Below are positions 39,183-49,296 of a DNA stretch of 64,000 nt, piece after piece; positions within the stretch are counted from its first letter, which is position 1, and the number at the start of each line of letters is the position of its first letter. The notes beneath the pieces were generated by a model, which saw nothing but the letters and a program-made list of their open reading frames with translations, did not search any database and was not told where the DNA came from. The stretch lies in contig CAWEAL010000006.1 of NCBI GenBank assembly GCA_963807035.1, positions 81,994-145,993 on the forward strand, read 5' to 3'. The position numbers and the translations under genes were made by a program. This DNA is from an uncultured Chloroflexia bacterium (GTDB lineage: Bacteria; Chloroflexota; Limnocylindria; Limnocylindrales; CSP1-4).

Positions 39183-39368
39183 TCAGCGAACCCGGCGGAC
39201 CGTGGCAGCCGGCGGATGGAGGCCCAGCCTCGCTTCGTGCTCGACGAGCAGCCGCTCGGTGTCCTCCCGGGCACTTTCCGCCTGAAGCCGCTCAATGATT
39301 CGCTTCCGTTCGTTGCTCCACTCGTCGAGGAGCCGCTTCGTCGACGAGGGGCGAGGGTCATCGGTCAT
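39183..39368 (-). CDS. Possible small helical protein (61 aa)
   Basis: The ATG at 39368 within ORF 39183..39695(-) gives MTDDPRPSSTKRLLDEWSNERKRIIERLQAESAREDTERLLVEHEARLG... I saw no RBS. Confidence 0.3.
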   Translation of the reverse strand: MTDDPRPSSTKRLLDEWSNERKRIIERLQAESAREDTERLLVEHEARLGLHPPAATVRRVR

Positions 39369-39634
39369 GGCCAGGATGCTACGAGCCGCGCTCGGGACCG
39401 CTCGCCGGCGATCGGTCTTCGCCTTTGGGCCGTTCGGCACTGTCGCCAAGGTGGACCTCCGGCTATCCTGCGCCAGGCTCCGACACGAAGGGACGTGCCG
39501 CGGATTTCCGCCTCGACCGGGAGGCCGCAGGGGGTTCGGCGCCCGGTGTCGGAGCCCTTTCTCGGCCGGGAGCTGGAAGAGGATCGAAGCCCGGAGAGTC
39601 GCAGTCCAGATGACGCCGAGGGCTTCCGGCTGGC

Positions 39635-40225
39635 CTAGCCAGCGATCGCGGAGGGGTCTTCTCGGCGGAGGAGGATCCCGAGCGAGGCCTTCCACGGCCC
39701 GACGTCAGCGTCATGCGAGCCGGCGAGGCCGGCGAGGATCTGGCCGATGTGGTCGAGATCGTGGACTGCCCAGGACGCAAGGAGCTCGCGCAACGTCACC
39801 TCACCCATGGTTGGATGCAGGCCGCGGCGATCGAGGTCCGTGTCGGTCACGAGCTCTCTGAGCGCCACGAGGTTGGCAGCTCGGAGAGACGCGAAGCGGT
39901 CAACGAGTTCATCGAGCGTGACCCCGCCATCACGCTCGAGCATGGCAAAGCGCTCGTAGCGTTCGAACGCTCGAGACGTGCCCTCCTTGAGGATCAGACG
40001 AGTCCGTGCCATCCAGTTGGTCTGTTCGCCGGTGATCAGGTGGCCCACGACGTCCCGCGGGCGCCAGCCACCGGCGACATCGGGCGTCCCAGTCCAGGTC
40101 TCGGGCAGCCCGACGAGCAGGATGCGGAGGAGCTCGGGCGTCCGTGCGAGCAGGGAAGTTGTCTCAGCGATGCACCCCGCCCCGTCAGATCGCAGTTGCA
40201 GATGATCCACGCCTGGCAAGGTCAA
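39635..40225 (-). CDS. DinB-family (DinB_2) protein
   Basis: WRPRDVVGHLITGEQTNW...LLASWAVHDLDHIGQI carries the DinB His triad pattern. Confidence 0.8.
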   Translation of the reverse strand: MTLPGVDHLQLRSDGAGCIAETTSLLARTPELLRILLVGLPETWTGTPDVAGGWRPRDVVGHLITGEQTNWMARTRLILKEGTSRAFERYERFAMLERDGGVTLDELVDRFASLRAANLVALRELVTDTDLDRRGLHPTMGEVTLRELLASWAVHDLDHIGQILAGLAGSHDADVGPWKASLGILLRREDPSAIAG

Positions 40226-40344
40226 GATGCTGGAAGCCGATCGTCAAGCGCTTCGATGATCAGCCGGCACGATGGGTGGATCGTGCCGACTCGCGTCGTA
40301 GACCTGACTTCTGCAGGCTGAAGCGGGTCATGAAGACCGCAGCC

Positions 40345-40854
40345 TCACGGCTGTCGCGGGAGGGGGCCAGCGGGTAACGTCAGGAGCATGACGCGTAGCG
40401 TGTCAGTGCCGCCGACGCGCATGAAACCCGCCTGCTCATAGATGTGGAGTGCGACCGGGTTCAGGAGGTGGACGGACAGGCTAAGGGCTCGCACCCCGTG
40501 GGACGACGCATCCTCGATGAGGGCCGTCAGGAGCCGCTTGCCGACGCCCTCTCCCCGATGTCCCGCCAGGACGGCCATGGAGATTTCCGGCACATCCTCG
40601 GCGACGAAGCCGTACCCCGGCTCCGACGCCGGGAACAGGCGACACCAGGCCGCGCCGATCGCACCGGACGCGTCTTCGGCGATGACGCCGAGGTCACCGG
40701 CGCGACCCCACGAGCGCAGGTACCTGCCCGAATGGGGGTCGGTGAGCGCCTCATCGGGCGTAGGCTTGGGGTCGGCCCACGGGGGGTAGGCTGCTTCAAC
40801 CAGCATCGCGGCCATGAACGCGACATCCCGACCTTCGGCCGGGCGGACGTTCAC
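40345..40854 (-). CDS. GNAT family N-acetyltransferase
   Basis: The GTG at 40854 gives VNVRPAEGRDVAFMAAML...ISMAVLAGHRGEGVGKRLLTALIEDA...ALHIYEQAGF. Confidence 0.8.
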   Translation of the reverse strand: MNVRPAEGRDVAFMAAMLVEAAYPPWADPKPTPDEALTDPHSGRYLRSWGRAGDLGVIAEDASGAIGAAWCRLFPASEPGYGFVAEDVPEISMAVLAGHRGEGVGKRLLTALIEDASSHGVRALSLSVHLLNPVALHIYEQAGFMRVGGTDTLRVMLLTLPAGPLPRQP

Positions 40855-41066
40855 AGCCGGGACCCCGTTTCGACCCAGGGCACCGCGACCAAAGTGCAGG
40901 TCATCGTCTGAACGATACGCCGCTACGCACGGGGTTAGGCCTGAGTGCGCCGGGCATTCTCCACACGATGACCACCTTGTGCGGATCATCCTTCGCTTGA
41001 CCGTTGGTCAACCCGGTCGCAAGATGGGCCGACTGGTCCGGACAGGCAGTGTCGGGTGGAGGGACC

Positions 41067-42044
41067 ATGCGCCGATTGATCGTGCTCGTCATCGGGGTGG
41101 CGATCCTCGGTGGCTGCGCGAGCTCGGCCCCGAGCGAGACCGGCGGCGTCCTGCCGACGTTCGCTCCAGGCGCATCAGCCGGCCCATCCACGGGCCCGAC
41201 TGCCGCCTCTTCCTCCGGCCCATCGAGCGGGCCATCGGCTGCCCCTGATGAAGGCAACGGCACGACGATCGCACCTGTCGCGGTCACCCCACCGCCGAGG
41301 GGCTGCGTCCCCACCGACCAGGATCGCTACGTCTACAACCCGGCTCGCCTCCAGGTCGTGACCGCCTGCCTGCAGGTGAGCGGGACGGTCGCCGCGATCC
41401 GGACCGAGGCCGATGGCGACCGGCACATCCTGATCGCGCTCGATCCTGTCGACGCCCACCTGCTCACCCCGGCAAACCAGGGCGAGGAGCTCGGCGATCT
41501 CGTCGTCGAGCCGGTCTGCGTCGGGTCGGTCAGCCAGGCCGATGCGATCGACACCTGTGCGGGGGACGCCGATCCGATCGCGTCCATGCCCTCGACCGTC
41601 GGTGAACACATCTGGCTCGAGGGCCGCTACGTGTTCGATCTCGAGCACGGCGGCTGGGCCGAGCTCCATCCCCTCTACCGCTGGGGCGCCTTTGGAACGG
41701 CTCCACCGCCGGCCGGAGCGACGCCGCGCCCAACACCGATCAGTGCGACCGGCGGTTCGATCAGCGTCCGGATCACGAGCCTCACCTCACCCGTCTCGCG
41801 GGGTTCGTTCGCGAGCATCGGCGCTCGAACGAAGGCGGGTGCCGCCTGCGCGATCACGGTCGAGTACAAGTCCGGGCCCTCGAGCGCAGCCGGTCTCGGG
41901 CCCAAGACGGCGAGCGGCACGGGCAGCGTCAGCTGGACCTGGAAGGTCGGCTCACGGACGACGGTCGGCTCCTGGCCGGTGACGGTCACCTGTCGCTCGG
42001 GCGGCCAGAGTTCCTCAGCCGAGAAGAGCTTCCTCGTCCGCTGA
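41067..42044 (+). CDS. Lipoprotein of unknown function
   Basis: MRRLIVLVIGVAILGGCAS is a lipobox, followed by an S/P/G linker. There are two Cys-containing globular halves. The C-terminal half is Ig-like (SISVRITSL...VTVTC). Confidence 0.7.
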   Translation: MRRLIVLVIGVAILGGCASSAPSETGGVLPTFAPGASAGPSTGPTAASSSGPSSGPSAAPDEGNGTTIAPVAVTPPPRGCVPTDQDRYVYNPARLQVVTACLQVSGTVAAIRTEADGDRHILIALDPVDAHLLTPANQGEELGDLVVEPVCVGSVSQADAIDTCAGDADPIASMPSTVGEHIWLEGRYVFDLEHGGWAELHPLYRWGAFGTAPPPAGATPRPTPISATGGSISVRITSLTSPVSRGSFASIGARTKAGAACAITVEYKSGPSSAAGLGPKTASGTGSVSWTWKVGSRTTVGSWPVTVTCRSGGQSSSAEKSFLVR

Positions 42045-42161
42045 TTTGTCGCCACGATGTCCGCAGCGTGTCGATCGCCAGCACGACCGCGGCGACCAGT
42101 CGGCGGCGGCCGCGTTGAGCCCTCGCGTACACTCGCCACATCCGGAGGGAAAGGCGGGCGG

Positions 42162-43280
42162 ATGACGGTCGATCGAGCCGCAATCGCACGAGCCGCCGCG
42201 GGAGCCGACGGCGGCCTCCTCGTCGACTGGACGGTCGAGCAGTTGGGCGACTCAGGGCTCATGCCCACGACCGAGTCGCTCGAGCGCGTCCGGGGCATGC
42301 TCGACGTCGAGGGCACCTTGCAGGCGTTCTCGCTCGTGGCGAAAACGGTCCGCTCGCTGCGGTTCCTTCCCTCGTTCGCCGCGCTCCCGCAACAAATGCA
42401 GACGCTCATCGAGCCGATGTGGCGGACCGAGCCCGAGGTCTACGCATGCGGCCTCCACGGCGCGTTGCCGCCCGAGCTTCGCGCGCCCCGCCTCTACGCG
42501 ATCGAGACACTCGGGGAGGGTCGCGTCAGGCTCTGGCTCGAGGACGTGGCGACCGCGTCGGCGCCGTGGGACGTCCCGACGTATACGGCGGCTGCATTCG
42601 CCCTCGGACGCCTGGCCGGGCGGTACCCCGCTGCCGAGATCCCGTGGACCTTCACAAGGCCGCCGCTCGACCTCGAGAGCTACCTGAACACGAGGATCGC
42701 GGGCCAGACGCTTCCGATGCTCCGCGACGATCGAATCTGGCAGCATCCGCTGGTGCGGCAGTCGGTGGACGAACGGCTGCGGGAGGACACGCTCCGCCTC
42801 TGGGATCGCGCACATCGTCTCTTGGGTCGCCTGGACGACCTACCACAGACACTCGCTCACGGCGACGCCTGCCCACAGAACCTGCTGATCGAGGGCCGGA
42901 CCGGCTCGGTCCGCTTCGTCGCCCTCGATTGGGGACTCACCGGCACCGCGCCGATCGGCGCCGATCTCGTCCAACTGATCGCGGGTCGCGCCGAGTCGGG
43001 CGAGCTGGATCCGCGGGAGGTGCCGCCCATCGAGCACGCGATCCTGTCCGCCTACCGCGCTGGGCTTGCTGCCGAGGGCATCAGCGAGAGCCGCGAGCGG
43101 ATCGAACGCGGCTATCGCACCCAGCTGGCGGTGCGCTGCGGCTTCACAGCATTGCCACTCGAGCGACTCCAGGGTGCCCGCGACGACGATCCCGGGCTGA
43201 CCCTGCTCTTCGCGCGGAGGGCGCGCTGGGCAAGGATGGTTCTCGATCGGGTGCCGGAGCTCGAGCCGCCCGCTACGTGA
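42162..43280 (+). CDS. Aminoglycoside-phosphotransferase-like (APH) kinase-fold protein
   Basis: LAHGDACPQNLLIE...VALDWGLTG carries the HGD..N catalytic loop and the D.G motif. Confidence 0.75.
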   Translation: MTVDRAAIARAAAGADGGLLVDWTVEQLGDSGLMPTTESLERVRGMLDVEGTLQAFSLVAKTVRSLRFLPSFAALPQQMQTLIEPMWRTEPEVYACGLHGALPPELRAPRLYAIETLGEGRVRLWLEDVATASAPWDVPTYTAAAFALGRLAGRYPAAEIPWTFTRPPLDLESYLNTRIAGQTLPMLRDDRIWQHPLVRQSVDERLREDTLRLWDRAHRLLGRLDDLPQTLAHGDACPQNLLIEGRTGSVRFVALDWGLTGTAPIGADLVQLIAGRAESGELDPREVPPIEHAILSAYRAGLAAEGISESRERIERGYRTQLAVRCGFTALPLERLQGARDDDPGLTLLFARRARWARMVLDRVPELEPPAT

Positions 43281-43559
43281 CAGAGCAAACGCGCGACCCC
43301 CGGTATGCGTCGTCCCGAAGCCCGCGCGACCCAGATGCCCAGGTCCTAGGGGAGCGACCTCATCGCGGCCCTGCGGCCGTCGGGCGTTGGGAGTCCCTTC
43401 TGGACCCGGCTGGGTTGGGTCATCGCGCTTGGAGCGAGAAGCGGTAGACACGATCTGGTCATCGTGCCGGGTAGGCGGCCTCGCGCCCCGTGCTGTCTGG
43501 AGCTGATTTCGCGGCTCTCGTGACCCGTTTGGCATGGCGTCAGGGTCATACAGGCAGTC

Positions 43560-44138
43560 ATGACTACAGTGCTGCGAATGAGACCGACGGTCGCCATCTG
43601 GCGGCCGATACCAAGGGGTCCAGTGACGGTGCGCCATCAACCGACGACCCTCGAGGCAGTCCTGGCCGACGACTACGCCCGGCTCGTCCGGCTGGCCGGC
43701 GTCGTGTGTCGCGATCCTGCCGATGCGCAGGACGCCGTCCAGGCGGCGATCGAGCGGGCCCTGCGCCATCACGGTGACCTGCGGGACCCGGCCAAGGTGA
43801 CGGCCTGGCTCAACCAGATCGTGGTCCACGAAGCGATCCGGATTGATCAGCGCCGGCGAAGATGGTGGTCGCGACTCGGCGCGGTGCCCCGCGAGATCGA
43901 GGTCGCCTCCGGGGAGGGCGATCCGGCCCGACCCGGCGCTGAGACCAACATCGTCCTGCGTGACGCCTTCGACCGGCTACCCGTCGAGCAGCGGGTTGTC
44001 GTCGCTCTCCACCACTACGCCGGCTACTCGATCGCCGAGGCTGCGGCGCTCATCGGGATCCCGCTCGAGACCGCCCGGTCCCGGCTCCGCCTCGCTCGGG
44101 CGCACCTCCGCCGCGTCCTCGACGAGCCCACACGATGA
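43560..44138 (+). CDS. ECF-type sigma-70 family RNA polymerase sigma factor
   Basis: DAQDAVQAAIERALRH...AWLNQIVVHEAI is region 2. LPVEQRVVVALHHYAGYSIAEAAALIGIPLETARSRLRLARAHL is region 4. Confidence 0.85.
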   Translation: MTTVLRMRPTVAIWRPIPRGPVTVRHQPTTLEAVLADDYARLVRLAGVVCRDPADAQDAVQAAIERALRHHGDLRDPAKVTAWLNQIVVHEAIRIDQRRRRWWSRLGAVPREIEVASGEGDPARPGAETNIVLRDAFDRLPVEQRVVVALHHYAGYSIAEAAALIGIPLETARSRLRLARAHLRRVLDEPTR

Positions 44139-45844
44139 CCGACCCGTTCGATCCAGCCGAGGATCCGGTCCTCGATCACGTGCTCGGGCAGCTCCTTCGC
44201 CGGAAGGCGGAGCGGGCCGCGGCGGTGGCGCCGCCGTTTGAGGCCGCTCTGGCAAGGGCCACCTCGCGAAGGACCGACGTCCGGCGCCGAGTCGTGGCGA
44301 TCGGCGTGCTCGGAGTCCTGGCCTTCGCCGCCGTCGTAGCCGGGGTCCGACTTGCCGGCTGGCTCGGTTCGCGCGTGCCAGTCGGGACGTCACCGAGTAC
44401 ATCACCCTCGACCTACGACGTCGCCTCGCTGCGGCGACCACTGGCGATCCCGACGTTGGCACCTGGTGGCGCCTGCCCGGTCACGCCGGTCGGGCTGACC
44501 CTGGAGAGTCTGGGAGCCTTCCAAGGCACTGGTCCGGTCCGGGTCAACAACCTGAACGACGTGCCGATCACGGAGTTGCCACTCCAGAACGGCTGGTACG
44601 GACAGAAGGTGTTCTGGGCGGTCGATGCCCGAGAGTCAGGCCCGATCCTGGTCCGGGTCGCCCGGCTCGATGGAACCGGTGGGATCGGGCTCGGAACCGA
44701 CAACAGCGCCCAGCTGATTCTCTCGAACAGCTTCGGCAGCGACCGGGTCGTCGGTCCCGCGCCGTCGTTCCCGATCGAGCGGATCTTCATCGACGGCGTC
44801 TCGTTCCGCGAACCCGGCTGCTACTTCATGCAGATGGACGGTCCTCTCACGACGAGCACCATCGTCTTCCGGGCACGCGGCCCGGTCTCCCCGAGCCCGC
44901 TGCCATCGCCCGACTACGAAGCGCTCCATCGGCCGCTCCAGCTTCCGACGCTGCCCGTTGGGGCGCCATGTCCGATCACGCCGACGACGACGCCGGCTGG
45001 CCTTACATCGTTGCCCGGCAGCGGTCCGATCTATCCGATGGCGACGACCGTAGGTGGCGTCGTCTACTTCGATCCCGCTTCGCCGCCCAACGGACCGGGT
45101 GCACTCGTCACGTGGATGGCGGCCCCAGGCTTCCGGGGGCCGGTCCTCATCCGCGGGGGATCACTCCGCGGCGGTGGCGCCCTTACCTTCGGTCCAGCCG
45201 AGCAGCCGGAACTGCTGATCCCGACCACGGATATCCCGACCCCGATGGGCCCACCGGGCTGGGCGGCGCTCGAGAGCGACCGGACGGTCTTCCCCGATGG
45301 CGGCTGCTACGGCTACCAGATCGACGGCCCGACGTTCAGCACGGTCATCACGTTCGCGGCGCAGCCAGCCGCCGGTCTTGCCGACGCCCTCCAGCGCCCG
45401 CTCCACCTCCCGACCCTCGCCGCCGGGGCGTCGTGCCCGGCGACAGCGCCCCGCCCAATCGTTACCTGGTCGGGGTCAGCCATTGGGCCTGGTCCTGTCT
45501 ACAGCATTGGCTACGACCCAGCGGGCAACATCAGCTGGGCGGGCAGCCAAGTAGATGGCGGCTGGTTCTACGTCAAGATCCTGTGGCTGACTGCGCCTGG
45601 GACCGGACCGATCCTGATCCGGGGCGGGCAGCTCGACGGAGCGAACCCACTTGGCTTCGGGTCGGACCCGGTTCCCGCGCCCCAGCTTGTGCTTGAGGCC
45701 TCGGACGCCGTCGGGGTGTCCGGTGCCACCCCTGGCTGGCTCAGCTACGTCGCCTACACCCGGGTCCGAGCACCGGGCTGCTACGCCTACCAGGTCGATA
45801 CGGGTCCGGCAGCGAGACGATTCACGTTCGAGGCCGGGCCGTAG
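44135..45844 (+). CDS. Putative anti-sigma factor: cytoplasmic N-terminus, one TM helix, and a triplicated ~155-aa extracytoplasmic module
   Basis: ATGA overlap with the sigma gene. TM helix VVAIGVLGVLAFAAVVAGV. There are three modules, each opening with L(R/H/Q)RPL.(I/L)PTL..G..CP.T and closing with GCY..Q.DG/T...F.A. Confidence 0.7.
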   Translation: MTDPFDPAEDPVLDHVLGQLLRRKAERAAAVAPPFEAALARATSRRTDVRRRVVAIGVLGVLAFAAVVAGVRLAGWLGSRVPVGTSPSTSPSTYDVASLRRPLAIPTLAPGGACPVTPVGLTLESLGAFQGTGPVRVNNLNDVPITELPLQNGWYGQKVFWAVDARESGPILVRVARLDGTGGIGLGTDNSAQLILSNSFGSDRVVGPAPSFPIERIFIDGVSFREPGCYFMQMDGPLTTSTIVFRARGPVSPSPLPSPDYEALHRPLQLPTLPVGAPCPITPTTTPAGLTSLPGSGPIYPMATTVGGVVYFDPASPPNGPGALVTWMAAPGFRGPVLIRGGSLRGGGALTFGPAEQPELLIPTTDIPTPMGPPGWAALESDRTVFPDGGCYGYQIDGPTFSTVITFAAQPAAGLADALQRPLHLPTLAAGASCPATAPRPIVTWSGSAIGPGPVYSIGYDPAGNISWAGSQVDGGWFYVKILWLTAPGTGPILIRGGQLDGANPLGFGSDPVPAPQLVLEASDAVGVSGATPGWLSYVAYTRVRAPGCYAYQVDTGPAARRFTFEAGP

Positions 45845-45930
45845 CCCCAGGCTGGGATGCGGAGCACGTACGTCTCACTCGTTGCTGACCTGTTTGACGG
45901 GCGTGGCTGTGAGACTCAAACTGGCTATCG

Positions 45931-46623
45931 ATGAGTATCACGAATGCGTCCGGAAGCGCGAGCCCGGGCCTGGAGAGGTCCCAGAGACTCGCGCTGTGGG
46001 TTGGTGTCGTGGTTCTCGGGCTGGCGATTGCGGTGGGTATATTCATCGGCGCCCAATCTCGCGACCCGGGCCCGCCTGAGGACGTCCCTCGGGCGATCGC
46101 GATCCCCGCGCTGTATGCGACGATGGGGCTCCTCGCGATCATCGGGGCGCTCCAGCGGCGATCGGCGATCGTCGTTGCGGCGGGGGTCCTCTGTTTCGTT
46201 GGCGCGATCCTGTCGGTCGCGACGATCGAGTTCGTCGTGCCAGGGGTCCTGCTGATCGGGCTCGGATCACGAATCCAAGGTCGGCCTGGCCGGCGCCGAC
46301 GAGAGGCGCTCGTTGGAGCGGTCGCGATCCTGCTCATCGTCAGCGCAGGGGTAGCGCTGCTCTCCATGACGGTGGCGCGTTGCTGGGCGGCCACGGGATC
46401 TCCTGCCAATCCGACGTATGCCGTGATCCCATGCGGCAGTCAGACCGGCCTAACGACCGGAGGCTCAACCTTCGCGAGTGGCTTCGATAGCGGTGTCCTG
46501 ACGATCGACGGCGGTCTCAGCGAGGCCGTGCTGCTCGTCGGCGCCCTCAGCCTGACCATCGTGACAGGTCGAAAGCGAAGGAGCGACCCTGTCGGGCCCT
46601 TGATCGGCCCGACGCCACGCTGA
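45931..46623 (+). CDS. Hypothetical membrane protein (4-5 TM)
   Basis: ORF 45931..46623 has successive hydrophobic helices (LALWVGVVVLGLAIAVGIFIG, ALYATMGLLAIIGAL, ...). Confidence 0.6.
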   Translation: MSITNASGSASPGLERSQRLALWVGVVVLGLAIAVGIFIGAQSRDPGPPEDVPRAIAIPALYATMGLLAIIGALQRRSAIVVAAGVLCFVGAILSVATIEFVVPGVLLIGLGSRIQGRPGRRRREALVGAVAILLIVSAGVALLSMTVARCWAATGSPANPTYAVIPCGSQTGLTTGGSTFASGFDSGVLTIDGGLSEAVLLVGALSLTIVTGRKRRSDPVGPLIGPTPR

Positions 46624-46773
46624 GCGTCGTAAGAATCCGCGAAGCAGCCCTCGGGGCGTGGCTTCGAGTGTGTTGCCGCATCACGATCTCGCCATCGTGC
46701 AGCAGAAGTCGAACTCGTTATTCCGAAGCCGTTTGACAGCCCTGCTAGTGCTCGCGCCTGACTTCGGGCTGCG

Positions 46774-47967
46774 TCAGTTCGCGCCTAACGTCCCGAGTTG
46801 AGTCGAGTCGAGGATCACAAGGTGCGTCGGGTTGTCGTGGCCGGAAGCACCGGGATCGAAGTCTTCCCAAACGGCGAGGGGTCCGCACAGGTAGACCGCG
46901 CTGCGGCCGAAGGTCATCGGCAAGCCGACCAAGCGCTGCTCCGCTCGGTCGTAGACCTGTGTTGTCGTCGACTGAGCCCATGCCACGAGGCGCGAGTTGA
47001 GGGTGATCCATTCGAGGTGGTCGGCAGCGTCGACCCCCTGGGCGATCAGCCGGGGCGCCGGCTGGGCCATGTCATCGATCAGGAAGACCGAGTGCGAGTC
47101 AGGGTCGTTGTAGGCGGCACTCCGCCCACTGAGCGCGATCGTCGGTGGCATCACGTCGAGCCTGGTGCTTTGTCTCGTCTCCAGGTCCTGGATGCGGATA
47201 TAGCCGGTGTCGCCGGACCAGACACCCCAGGCGATCCACGGCCAGGCGATCACCGGCATGCCGGCCGAGGTCGCCAGGGTCGAGACCTTGCCCGAGGCGA
47301 GGTCCGCCTCGCGGACCACGCCATTGGCGATTTCCGAGGGCCCGGCGCCCATCGGACCCACGGCCTGGCCCCAGACCGCGAGGCCATGGCTGACCGACGG
47401 GACCGGATACGGCCCGGGCACGGGCGCGCCATTCACGTTGACCGCCCGGGTGAGTTCGGTAACCGTGCCGCTGGTGAGGTCGTAGGCCCGGAGACGCCAG
47501 TCGTAGAAGTAAGGCTGGTCGGCGGCCTCCGACCAGACCACCCAGTGGCCATCGGAACTGGCCGCTAGAACCTGGCTCGCGGGCGTCTCGAGTTGGGCCA
47601 TCGTCCTCAAAGTGCCATCGGCCACCCGATAGAGGACTGCCTCGCTTGGCCTGGCGGTCTGCGGAAACTCGTTGGGCTGGCTAACGCCAATCAGCCAAGC
47701 CCCGTCGGGGGTGCCGACGTTGTCGAAGACGAACGTTCGGTCCGTCCCGATCGCCAAGGGCAGCTTGCGAGGGGTCGCCGGGCCCCAGGCGGCGACCGCG
47801 CTCAGCGCGCCGGCCGGGCCAAGTGAAGGTGACGGCAGCGCTGACTCAATGACTGAGGGCAAGGCGGCCGGAGTCGGCGTCGCGGAGTTGCCCGATCCGC
47901 AGGCGCAGACGAGGAGCAGCAGGGTGCCAAGGATCGACGCCCTGTGCAGCAGCACGAAATCGAGCAT
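46774..47967 (-). CDS. Lipoprotein, beta-propeller-like (TolB-like repeats)
   Basis: The ATG at 47967 gives MLDFVLLHRASILGTLLLLVCACGSG, a lipobox. It has repeated W/Y-rich strand motifs. The upstream 188 codons of ORF 46774..48531 look non-coding. Confidence 0.65.
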   Translation of the reverse strand: MLDFVLLHRASILGTLLLLVCACGSGNSATPTPAALPSVIESALPSPSLGPAGALSAVAAWGPATPRKLPLAIGTDRTFVFDNVGTPDGAWLIGVSQPNEFPQTARPSEAVLYRVADGTLRTMAQLETPASQVLAASSDGHWVVWSEAADQPYFYDWRLRAYDLTSGTVTELTRAVNVNGAPVPGPYPVPSVSHGLAVWGQAVGPMGAGPSEIANGVVREADLASGKVSTLATSAGMPVIAWPWIAWGVWSGDTGYIRIQDLETRQSTRLDVMPPTIALSGRSAAYNDPDSHSVFLIDDMAQPAPRLIAQGVDAADHLEWITLNSRLVAWAQSTTTQVYDRAEQRLVGLPMTFGRSAVYLCGPLAVWEDFDPGASGHDNPTHLVILDSTQLGTLGAN

Positions 47968-48690
47968 CCTTGACCGCCTACCGGTACGAATGCTCTGCCG
48001 GTCCGAGGTCGCGCACCAGTGCCAATCGGATCGATCGCTTGACGATCCGATCATCGTGAGGGCCGATCGTCCTGATAGTCCGTGCGACATGGACCGTTCT
48101 TGCCGGATGCGAACCGAGACCCGGACCACCCATCCCCCCGGGGGGCTCGTTCGCGGTCGCCAGCCGTAGGTCGTGGTAGCCCCACCCCTGTCCCCGCGTC
48201 CCGATCCCGAGCGCCTACCTAGCCCGGTGCCCTGCCTGGCCTCGATCGATATCCTCCGATTTGTCCGACGCGGTGCTTCCGGGTCGGGAATGAGGAGGCG
48301 AACATGGCTCTGCTGGGCATCATCCTGACGGTCACCGGAGTCATTGCCCTTGTCGTCACCCTCGTTCGAGGACCGAACCTGGGTCTTTCGCGAAGGACCG
48401 GACATATCGCCGGCGTCTATTGCTCGTGCTGGGTGTGGCGCTGCTGATCTATTCACGGTGAGCGCCACCCGACGGGGCACGCGGTGCGGCGCCTCATCCC
48501 CGACATGCCCGTCCCGCCTATCCTGGCCCATCGGGCCGGCCTCTCTCGCGGCTCCACCTTAGTGACGCTGGGATCGTCAAGACGACAGACCCGCTCAGCC
48601 CCCGCGAACCTAGTCGTATTGCAGGCAGATCATGGGTTCATCTTGAATCGTGGTTCCGCCGCTTCGAGCTTCAGTAGGCACCAAGCTCAT

Positions 48691-49230
48691 CTACAGGGCT
48701 TGGAATGCCTCAGAGGCGTCCTCGACCGCCGCCTTCGCCCGGGCCGCATCGAAGTAAGCTCGGACAGGCGAGATCCCGCCTCTGTCTTCAACGGGAGGAC
48801 CAGAGACGGCATACGAGCCGTCCGGCTGTCGTAGACCGCGGAAGTGAGCGACGAGGTTGCGATCAAGGGTGAGGCGCCGTACAGCGGAGCGAGCGGGATC
48901 GCTGCGTGGAGGCTTCTTCCCGGTACGCCTATGGGCTAGTGCCACCCATTTCTGCTCGACGGGCTGGCGTTCGCACGTCGCCCACCATTCGCGATCTAAG
49001 GCGTCGCCCACCTCGTTCATCTGGGCCTCGACCGCGGCGTGAGCACAGAGGATGGCGACGAGACATCGCCGTAGCTCGGTGTTTGGGTTTGGATCGGGCC
49101 GCTCAGCTGCGTCCTGAGACTCGGCTGCAGCCTCGACGGCTTCTTCGAACAGCCTCGGCCCGAGTGATGTGCCGATGCTGGCGCTGAGATAGCCAGTCAA
49201 CCTGACTGTCGCGTCGAAAGCGGGTGCCAT
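48691..49230 (-). CDS. HEPN-like (Abi-type) protein candidate
   Basis: All-helical 179-aa ORF. The RNLVAH motif (residues 124-129, in the context AVRRLTLDRNLVAHFRG) fits Rx4-6H with the typical Asn after Arg. The first helix is LRRCLVAILCAHAAVEAQMNEVG. Confidence 0.5.
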   Translation of the reverse strand: MAPAFDATVRLTGYLSASIGTSLGPRLFEEAVEAAAESQDAAERPDPNPNTELRRCLVAILCAHAAVEAQMNEVGDALDREWWATCERQPVEQKWVALAHRRTGKKPPRSDPARSAVRRLTLDRNLVAHFRGLRQPDGSYAVSGPPVEDRGGISPVRAYFDAARAKAAVEDASEAFQAL

Positions 49231-49296
49231 GCGCGAAGCCTAACGGACAGGGGCTGCGTCGCTCGAGACGAGCCGGTTCGATCGTTTCCGCCACGA

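Noticed and set aside
48304-48468. A small two-helix membrane peptide (MALLGIILTVTGVIALVVTLVRG...LLLVLGVALLIYSR) that needs one frame correction.
   Set aside because: It is plausible, but it requires an assumed indel, has no clear RBS, and I recognise no family. It is too weak to list as a feature.
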